DNA from: a virus
Taxonomy: Duplodnaviria > Caudoviricetes
Length of the DNA: 24,507 bases
Virus record (IMG/VR): IMGVR_UViG_3300032332_000065
Coordinates: 1-24,507 of that record
Direction: 5' to 3' (one strand)
A model generated the notes under the pieces. The model made no database searches, had not been told where the DNA came from, and saw only the letters and a program-made list of their open reading frames with translations. The position numbers and the translations under genes are program-made. How positions within the stretch are numbered: the stretch's first letter is position 1; each line of letters begins with the position of its first letter. Positions 18,906 to 24,507 of the stretch are shown here, one piece after another.

Positions 18906-19357
18906 TATATAACGTACCTAATTTTATTACTGAATTACCTATGTATGTATGCCCAAATCAAGAAACTATTGATTCAGGAATTGCATTTAAATATCAAGGC
19001 ACTTTTGTTATTGGCACAGAAGATGACGCTAATTTAGCGCTTAATATGTCACGTCAAGAGTATTTACCAACCGTGCTAAATCAATTTACTGTTAATAAAG
19101 ATATTAATTCTGATCCTATTGATACAACATGGGTAAATTGTGATTTAAATATAGAGCCGCCAAATACAGATATTGATTACAATGTTTTTGACCCTAAAGA
19201 TGGTATATATAATTTAGCTATTGGTTTGGATAATGCTAAAAATTTATTAGAACAAACAAAACAAAAGTATTTAAATTGGGCAATCCAAATTATTTCTTTT
19301 GATAAATTTGAACGTTTGCCTAAACCTATTATTTCTACTGGACTACAATCATTATGA
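18902..19357 (+). CDS. Hypothetical adhesin-associated protein
   Basis: GTGA overlap with the adhesin stop. Visibly AT-rich. Ends KPIISTGLQSL. Confidence 0.65.
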   Translation: MIYNVPNFITELPMYVCPNQETIDSGIAFKYQGTFVIGTEDDANLALNMSRQEYLPTVLNQFTVNKDINSDPIDTTWVNCDLNIEPPNTDIDYNVFDPKDGIYNLAIGLDNAKNLLEQTKQKYLNWAIQIISFDKFERLPKPIISTGLQSL

Positions 19358-19641
19358 GCCAAGTAATTCGGTTAGAGCCAGCTCATTCTTTTGTTTATGA
19401 TGGGGCAAAAATAAATGTATTTCATGCTGATAAAGGTGAAGGACTACCACGACACGAACATACTTTTGCCCACGCTACAATGTGTCATTCAGGCTCTTGT
19501 TGGGTTCGTAAAGAAGGTAAAGAAATACTAATAACCAAAGAAACTCAACCAATCAATTTAGTAGCTAATGAATGGCATGAAATTGAAGCTGCAGAAGATG
19601 GAACTGTTTTTGTAAATGTTTTTGCTGAAAATAAATATTAA
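19354..19641 (+). CDS. Cupin-domain protein
   Basis: GLPRHEH-x-x-x-H...G motif 1 and ANEWHEIEA motif 2 of the RmlC-like cupin fold. Confidence 0.85.
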   Translation: MSQVIRLEPAHSFVYDGAKINVFHADKGEGLPRHEHTFAHATMCHSGSCWVRKEGKEILITKETQPINLVANEWHEIEAAEDGTVFVNVFAENKY

Positions 19642-19652
19642 TTGAGAAAATT

Positions 19653-19862
19653 ATGTCTTTTGAAATCGACCCCGTTAAATACGGACAGCTTTGGGAAAAA
19701 GTTGACCAACAAACCGCCAAGATAGATAAGCTAGAAGCTGGCATGGAAGAATTGCTTGCTTTGGCCAACAAAGGTAGGGGCGGTTTTTGGGTAGGCATTA
19801 TGGTAGTTTCAGCTTTTTCTACATTAATTGGTTGGGCAATTCATTGGGTTACGGGTAAATGA
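19653..19862 (+). CDS. Small coiled-coil plus single-TM protein (holin/antiholin-like)
   Basis: Coiled coil followed by GRGGFWVGIMVVSAFSTLIGWAI. First gene of the lysis cassette. Confidence 0.6.
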   Translation: MSFEIDPVKYGQLWEKVDQQTAKIDKLEAGMEELLALANKGRGGFWVGIMVVSAFSTLIGWAIHWVTGK

Positions 19863-20227
19863 TTTTAGAAACCATCATTGGTGCGTTAGTCCCTGTAGGA
19901 ATTGATGGTATTAAAAGCCTAATTGGAATGTTTACAGGTGGGGTAAAACCTATATCTGTTGATGAGCAAATAAAGCTAGACCAAAACGACATAGCAAAGT
20001 TAGAAGCCATTGCTAAACTAGATAATCCTTATGGGCAACCTAGTCAATGGGTAATCGATTTAAGAGCCTCTAGTCGCTATTTAGGGGCTTTGTTTGTCAT
20101 TGTGGTAGGCATCGGTACTTTATTCTTGCCAGTAGCCCCTGAAATACAAAGAATAGGCATAGAAGCAGCCAACATTGCTTTTGGATTCTTGTTCGGTACT
20201 CGCATTATGGCTAACCTTAAAAAATGA
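19859..20227 (+). CDS. Probable holin
   Basis: Hydrophobic segments, SQWV-x-DLR-x-x-x-RY and FGFLFGTR with basic tail. Directly before the endolysin. Confidence 0.7.
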   Translation: MILETIIGALVPVGIDGIKSLIGMFTGGVKPISVDEQIKLDQNDIAKLEAIAKLDNPYGQPSQWVIDLRASSRYLGALFVIVVGIGTLFLPVAPEIQRIGIEAANIAFGFLFGTRIMANLKK

Positions 20228-20805
20228 CATTAGAGCAGTTAGACAAATTAGGTATAGATCACAAATGGCTTGATCCCCTAAACGAAACATTTGCCAAGTA
20301 CGAAATAAATACTCCCAAAAGACAAGTTTGTTTTATCGGTCAATGTATGCACGAATCAGGCGGTTTTAAGAATTTAACGGAAAACTTAAACTATTCTGCC
20401 AAGGGCCTAATGAATACTTGGCCCAGTCGCTTTCCCAACCTAGAAACCGCAGAAAAGTACGCGCATAATCCCGTCAAAATTGCGTCAAAAGTATACGCAG
20501 GTAGGATGGGAAACCTTACACCTGAAGATGCTGGCAAGTACATTGGGCGCGGATTAATACAACTTACGGGTAGGGAAAATTATGCAAACTGCGGACTTGG
20601 TTTGGGTGTGGATTTTATCGGGAATCCTGATTGGCTGGCTACTCCTAAATATGCGGCTTTAAGTGCAGGCTGGTACTGGCACAAGAAAAACCTTAATGCG
20701 CTGGTCGATGATATAGAAACTATGACCAAACGCATTAACGGTGGGCTTATTGGCCTTGATGACCGTAAAGCCAAAATTAATATGGTTTTAAACGCGATTA
20801 GCTGA
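20224..20805 (+). CDS. Endolysin, glycoside hydrolase family 19
   Basis: FIGQCMHESGG, ENLNYSA, YIGRGLIQLTGRENY and TKRINGG-x-x-GL-x-DR motifs. Confidence 0.93.
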   Translation: MTLEQLDKLGIDHKWLDPLNETFAKYEINTPKRQVCFIGQCMHESGGFKNLTENLNYSAKGLMNTWPSRFPNLETAEKYAHNPVKIASKVYAGRMGNLTPEDAGKYIGRGLIQLTGRENYANCGLGLGVDFIGNPDWLATPKYAALSAGWYWHKKNLNALVDDIETMTKRINGGLIGLDDRKAKINMVLNAIS

Positions 20806-20986
20806 TAGTTTTCCAAAAGCTGTATGCAAACACAGTTAAAAACAATAAAGCCCCACAAAACGCACCAAACCCGTCAAAATCAGACGATTCGGGTCTTTGT
20901 AAGGCACTAGCATAGTCGGCATCTTTGAACGCTTCTGACGCTGTTCTGTAGGTTTTGCCGACCATTCCCTTTGATCTTGTACTCAT
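20798..20986 (-). CDS. Small C-terminally membrane-anchored hypothetical protein
   Basis: ATGA overlap with the upstream minus-strand gene. YRTASEAF motif and one TM segment. Confidence 0.65.
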   Translation of the reverse strand: MSTRSKGMVGKTYRTASEAFKDADYASALQRPESSDFDGFGAFCGALLFLTVFAYSFWKTIS

Positions 20987-21291
20987 TGCAATACCCTCAC
21001 GCTTGGTACGGTTGGTGGGCTAGGCGGTACGCTATAACCTGTAGTTCCTACTACGCCTGTGGTGTAACCGCTAGGGGTGCTAAATACAACCTGATTAGGG
21101 TAGATTGTGGCCGTTTGGGTTGTGTAACCCATCGGGTTTACAAACTGGGCTGTATTGCCCTGTATTTGAACCGTACCCACATTGTAGCCACGCGCATCGG
21201 TCATAGGATAGGTCTGCGCTTTAGCTGTGCCGTAGGCAAACATACAACCCAATAAAGCGCCCAGTAAACAAGCTCCAATAAAGTCTTTCAT
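20983..21291 (-). CDS. Exported hypothetical protein with signal peptide
   Basis: Start reassigned to ATG 21291 (GGAG SD, ATGA overlap). MKDFIGACLLGALLGCMFAYGTAKA|Q signal-like N-terminus and repeated P-x-GYTT beta hairpins. Confidence 0.7.
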   Translation of the reverse strand: MKDFIGACLLGALLGCMFAYGTAKAQTYPMTDARGYNVGTVQIQGNTAQFVNPMGYTTQTATIYPNQVVFSTPSGYTTGVVGTTGYSVPPSPPTVPSVRVLQ

Positions 21292-21563
21292 ATTAAATCT
21301 CCAAGTTGTTCGCGTGTATAACCGTTGCAATTACTAGCATTTTTTAATTTTTCAATTTCTGCAACTGCTTCTTCATAAGTTTTTGCCCAGCCTGATAACT
21401 GACCCCTTGGTGTTATTTGCTTGTAGCCAAATGATTTGCCAAAAGAAGGGGTAATTTCGTATATTGCTAAACCACGAAAAAAATCAATTGCATGATTAAA
21501 AGCTGAATGTGCCATTGAATCATCGTTTTGAATACGACTGGTGCGTTGTGCTGTTGTTTCCAT
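21288..21563 (-). CDS. Hypothetical early protein
   Basis: AGGAG SD and promoter directly upstream. Coupled to the next gene. Confidence 0.7.
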   Translation of the reverse strand: METTAQRTSRIQNDDSMAHSAFNHAIDFFRGLAIYEITPSFGKSFGYKQITPRGQLSGWAKTYEEAVAEIEKLKNASNCNGYTREQLGDLI

Positions 21564-21599
21564 TTGTTTCTCCTATCTCACTCGGTATTGAGTAATGCT

Positions 21600-21630
21600 A
21601 GTATACATTAAGACAGCTTAACTATGTCAA
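21600..21630 (-). promoter_or_regulatory. Sigma70-type leftward promoter with operator in spacer
   Basis: Minus strand TTGACA-19 nt-TATACT. Dyad TTAAG-ACAG-CTTAA at 21608-21621. Confidence 0.7.
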
Positions 21631-21851
21631 CACTTTTTTAGTAAGGAAAACCCTAGGTATATCCTAAAAAGATATAAATTGCACACAAACTGTCATATAT
21701 CAAACTGTACAGAAAAATGTACAACACCCCTTTTTGTACCCAATTACACCCATAAATTTTGCGCCCTATAAATGAATCATTAATGGACTTATGGATTTAT
21801 TTGTAAACCATTTTGTACAAAACCCGACAATTTGTAACAAATATGTTAATA

Positions 21852-21940
21852 AAGGCTGTATTTGGCAGTTACCATCAATGGGCGAGAAAGCCGCAAAATT
21901 ACCCAATTACTGCATCCTACAATGACGGCTTAACGCCCTA
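21852..21940 (-). ncRNA. Candidate pseudoknotted structured RNA
   Basis: Minus-strand nested stems AGGGC/GCCUU, UGUA/UACA, GCAGU/ACUGC and UGGG/CCCA, plus AAGCCGU pairing with GCGGCUU in the terminal loop. G-U pairs favour the minus strand. Confidence 0.55.
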
Positions 21941-21948
21941 AAGAAGTT

Positions 21949-21992
21949 GGGGTACTTGCTTCTTTACGCTTTCCCCCGTTCCCGTGAAGGAA
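21949..21992 (-). other. Two RNA hairpins after nuclease stop, one with loop E-type internal loop
   Basis: Minus strand UUCC-UUCACG-GGAA, then GGGG-GAAA-GC...GC-AAGUA-CCCC. Confidence 0.5.
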
Positions 21993-22754
21993 TTAAAGAT
22001 TGTTTTTGATCTGATAGACCCGTAACAAGTGTTGGAAGCACTCCCAGCCATTTTGTAGCTTGGATTCTTCCACTTCTACCAATTTTACTTGGTTTGTAGT
22101 GCCGTTGACAAATAGGATAGCACAGCGCGCGTTGGGCAAGTTTAGGCCTTCGCGATAGCTCGCTAGTTGTAACTCATGCTCAAAATATACCTCAACTTTG
22201 TCTAAATCGGTATCCTTGGTTTTGAAGTCAACAATGTAGCCTGTACCCTGACCGTTGACAGGTTTAGCCATCAAATCGCATTTGCCACCAAACCCTAGCG
22301 GATGCCCAAAAGACTTCTCTGCAAGCCAAGGTTGATCCCCAAAATGATGCTTTAGTACATCATCTATCGCATCAAGGTAGGCTGGCTTGACAGGCATATA
22401 CACCTGTTCAAAATAACTTTCAATAATGGCGTGGATAGCAGTACCGCGTTCCGCAGCTTCCCTACCAGTAGCACGGCTGTCTTGCATAACGCGCTTTAGC
22501 CACTCCTGTTCGAATTCGTTTACTTCTCTAGGCAAAGTCAAGGCTGCAAGTAAGACCTGTTGCAACTTCCAGTTAGTAAGGCCTGCCTTGTCCAAGACAT
22601 TGATGATTGTAGTAACTGACGGTAAAAGACCTTCTTTTCGCGCATCACGCAAGGTTGTAGGCCTTTCCCCAGTTTTACCAATGGTTGTATAGGCAGGTGT
22701 TCCCTGACGGGTATACCAATGGCCACTTTCTTGTTGTTTGTCTTTAATTATCAT
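21993..22754 (-). CDS. PD-(D/E)XK exonuclease (RecB/Cas4-like superfamily)
   Basis: LPSVTTI, RGTAIH, E, GKCDL, IVDFKT and QLASY motifs. Confidence 0.88.
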   Translation of the reverse strand: MIIKDKQQESGHWYTRQGTPAYTTIGKTGERPTTLRDARKEGLLPSVTTIINVLDKAGLTNWKLQQVLLAALTLPREVNEFEQEWLKRVMQDSRATGREAAERGTAIHAIIESYFEQVYMPVKPAYLDAIDDVLKHHFGDQPWLAEKSFGHPLGFGGKCDLMAKPVNGQGTGYIVDFKTKDTDLDKVEVYFEHELQLASYREGLNLPNARCAILFVNGTTNQVKLVEVEESKLQNGWECFQHLLRVYQIKNNL

Positions 22755-23368
22755 CAGAAGGGGATATCCTTCAAATCGTCATCTTCTAACTTTGGCGCAT
22801 CAGCATCACGCTGTTTTTGGCCACGCCATTCACTACTTTCGGTAATCTTTTCTTTGTAGTATTTTGGCAACGCATCGTAATCTTCTTGCTTGTAGTCCTG
22901 TAACCAAAAGATTTTAGTAGGGTTAATGCCTTCAGGCTGGGCCGCGCGCAAGGCTGACGGTACAGGGCTAATACCGCTGATGTTAGCGTACTTGCCATCT
23001 TCTGAATGAGTGATGTTGACCATACAAAACTTACCCAACAAGTTCTTGAGGTCAAAGTTTTTTCTGTCCTCTGCACTCATTTTTTTGTTAGACCAGCTTT
23101 CAAGGTCTTGACGCAATCGCGCTTGATCCCCAAGGCTTACGGTATAGCGTTTAGACACAATTAAAGGCTTCTTATCGTCTGTTTGTAATGGAAGTCCTGC
23201 ATCGTCATCGCCATGCAACTCCCAAGTCAGCACAACTTTGTGCATAATCTTGGATTCGCCAGCCCATTCTACGGATTGGTGGCCCAAATCAATAATGCTA
23301 TACAAGCGCGCCATATGAAGCCCTGCTGGGGCTATTTTAAATTCTTTACTGTTATCTGAAATAATCAT
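22754..23368 (-). CDS. Probable ssDNA-binding protein (NGO0469-like phage family)
   Basis: PAG-x-H-x-AR-x-x-x-IIDLG-x-Q, LR-x-DLESW and FDL-x-x-LLGK-x-C core. Acidic SSB-type tail DDDLKDIPF. Confidence 0.7.
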   Translation of the reverse strand: MIISDNSKEFKIAPAGLHMARLYSIIDLGHQSVEWAGESKIMHKVVLTWELHGDDDAGLPLQTDDKKPLIVSKRYTVSLGDQARLRQDLESWSNKKMSAEDRKNFDLKNLLGKFCMVNITHSEDGKYANISGISPVPSALRAAQPEGINPTKIFWLQDYKQEDYDALPKYYKEKITESSEWRGQKQRDADAPKLEDDDLKDIPF

Positions 23369-23568
23369 TATGCGTTCCTAAAAATATTTGAAAAGTCATC
23401 AAAGACTGCTTTTAATACTGGGTTTGGTCTTATTGGGGCAGGTAAACCACAGGCGTAACGAAGGTCACCGATTTCATCGGCAGTTAGCATCATTCCGTCA
23501 TCGAGGTCTTTAAAGATGCGTTCCAAATGTTCTTGGAAGCTATTGAAGTCTTGATCTTGCTCACTCAT
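23368..23568 (-). CDS. Small hypothetical early protein
   Basis: Start reassigned to ATG 23568 behind AGGAG SD. First gene of the leftward operon, TAATG-coupled to the SSB-like gene. Confidence 0.7.
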   Translation of the reverse strand: MSEQDQDFNSFQEHLERIFKDLDDGMMLTADEIGDLRYACGLPAPIRPNPVLKAVFDDFSNIFRNA

Positions 23569-23607
23569 ACGAGTTCTCCTAATTAACACGGCACATACCG
23601 TATTTAG

Positions 23608-23636
23608 ATATTAAGCCAACTTAAATAAGATTGCAA
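23608..23636 (-). promoter_or_regulatory. Leftward early promoter with operator
   Basis: Minus strand TTGCAA-17 nt-TAATAT. Dyad TTAAG-CCAA-CTTAA at 23611-23624. Confidence 0.65.
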
Positions 23637-23644
23637 TAGATTAT

Positions 23645-23679
23645 TTGAAATTTGTTGTAAAAATGTTAAGATAGCTTAT
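23645..23679 (+). promoter_or_regulatory. Rightward promoter for cro-like gene with operator
   Basis: TTGAAA-16 nt-TAAGAT with TGn extension. Near-perfect dyad TTAAG-ATAG-CTTAT at 23666-23679 overlapping the ATG. Confidence 0.65.
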
Positions 23680-23908
23680 GGAAAAAATTACAGCAAGAGC
23701 AATGATTAAGTTGTTGGGCGGGCCTACAAAGGTAGCAAACCTAGTAGGCGTAAGCGTTCCAGCGGTGTCTATGTGGCAAAACGGGATAATTCCTTACGAT
23801 AAGTTGGTGATCCTTGCCGCAACCCTAGAAAAGGAAAGTGCTGGTCTTATCACTAGAAAAGAGCTTTTTCCGCTTTCTTACAAAATGATATGGCCTGAAT
23901 TAAGATGA
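23678..23908 (+). CDS. Cro-like helix-turn-helix regulator (YdaS/Cro family)
   Basis: IKLLGGPTKVANLVGVSVPAVSMW HTH and IWPEL C-terminus. Divergent from the recombination operon. Confidence 0.88.
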   Translation: MEKITARAMIKLLGGPTKVANLVGVSVPAVSMWQNGIIPYDKLVILAATLEKESAGLITRKELFPLSYKMIWPELR

Positions 23909-23920
23909 TGTATACTATAG

Positions 23921-24282
23921 CTGTCAAGGGTGGAACTTTGGCAGAATAAGACCTCATTCACATGGGTTGGTTTCGACACTTGTTTTATTAAAGTCAAAAT
24001 TCCACCCCCAGCCCAGCTGAATGAGGTTTTTCTTTGGGCGCGACCTAGCCCGTTCTCAAGCGTGTTGCAACGGTAAAGGCTGTAAATACCCCTAGAAACT
24101 ACTAGCGCGAATGCGCCTTCCCTATCCGTTATTGCTTGGATAGTCAGAAGAACCGTACTGTACGGATAGACCGATGATGTGATAAAGACAGACCTAGGCA
24201 CGACAAAGACATCGAAGCAATAATTTGAAAAAGAACTCAACAAGACTGACAAGCTATTCCTCATAGTAGGGATAGCTATGTC
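23921..24282 (+). ncRNA. Candidate large structured non-coding RNA/cis-element
   Basis: No credible ORF. TATACT at 23911-23916 just upstream. Hairpin 23921-23944, 23-bp stem 23948-23970/24008-24030, loop-loop complement GGGTGGAA/TTCCACCC, and further stems up to hairpin 24248-24282. Confidence 0.6.
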
Positions 24283-24327
24283 CTGAATCTAACAATCCTG
24301 ACGAAAAAACAACAGTTAATAAAAATA

Positions 24328-24356
24328 TTTACTCTTAAGTTTACTTAACATATACT
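24328..24356 (+). promoter_or_regulatory. Rightward promoter with operator in spacer
   Basis: TTTACT-17 nt-TATACT. Perfect dyad TTAAG-TTTA-CTTAA at 24335-24348. Confidence 0.65.
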
Positions 24357-24384
24357 TCAATTAGTTTAACTTTTGGAGTACAAA

Positions 24385-24507
24385 ATGACTTGGAATTTAC
24401 GATTAGTAAATATGAGTAATTCTTACGAAGATTACTTTGAAATTCGCGAAGTTTATTACGACACAATGGGTAAACCTATTGGCCACAGTAAAGCTGCTAT
24501 TGGTGGG
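24385..24507 (+). CDS. Hypothetical phage protein, 3' truncated (not in ORF track)
   Basis: GGAG SD at 24375-24378. MTWNLRLV...YFEIREVYYDTMGKP is open to the window end. Confidence 0.75.
   Translation, partial: MTWNLRLVNMSNSYEDYFEIREVYYDTMGKPIGHSKAAIGG

Noticed and set aside
20983-21291. Outer-membrane spanin lipoprotein (LLGC, Pro-rich tail)
   Set aside because: Opposite strand to the lysis cassette, imperfect lipobox and a better AKA signal peptidase I site. No spanin could be identified in the window.
21660-21800. Tiny ORFs in the AT-rich tract (e.g. minus-strand MGVIGYKKGCCTFFCTV)
   Set aside because: Very short, weak ribosome-binding signals, no supporting evidence.
21852-21992. tRNA or known self-cleaving ribozyme
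   Set aside because: No TTCGA T-loop/cloverleaf and no hammerhead CUGANGA/GAAA core found by eye; kept only as an unassigned structured RNA.
21993-22754. Nuclease as a CRISPR-associated Cas4
   Set aside because: Lacks the four-Cys Fe-S pattern and there is no array or other cas gene; context is a phage recombination operon.
23878-24264. 128-aa minus-strand ORF across the structured region
   Set aside because: No clear SD, overlaps the cro end, antisense to flanking genes and promoters, no recognisable motifs; likely a chance ORF.

Overview
A 24.5 kb segment of a tailed dsDNA phage with a P22-like (podovirus-type) virion module. On the + strand it runs: portal C-terminus, 1065-aa fibre, small fibre-associated genes, GT9-like glycosyltransferase, scaffold, major capsid, decoration protein, tail adaptor, gp10-like tail hub, GNAT, three or four ejection proteins, a short fibre with a glycine-rich gp38-like adhesin, a cupin, two membrane/holin genes and a GH19 endolysin. 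It then converges on a leftward early region (small membrane/exported proteins, PD-(D/E)XK nuclease, SSB-like protein) that diverges from a lone Cro-like gene. No integrase, CI-like repressor, replication initiator, tRNA or CRISPR array is visible. The most notable unexplained signals are: (1) a ~370 nt highly structured non-coding region directly after cro; (2) a pseudoknotted RNA-like element and a loop-E hairpin after the nuclease gene; (3) four TTAAG-N4-CTTAA operators overlapping four promoters; (4) a glycosyltransferase frame extending about 40 codons upstream without a canonical start; and (5) Thr-rich beta modules inserted, once nested, into several virion proteins. All product calls come from motif recognition and synteny, without database searches.
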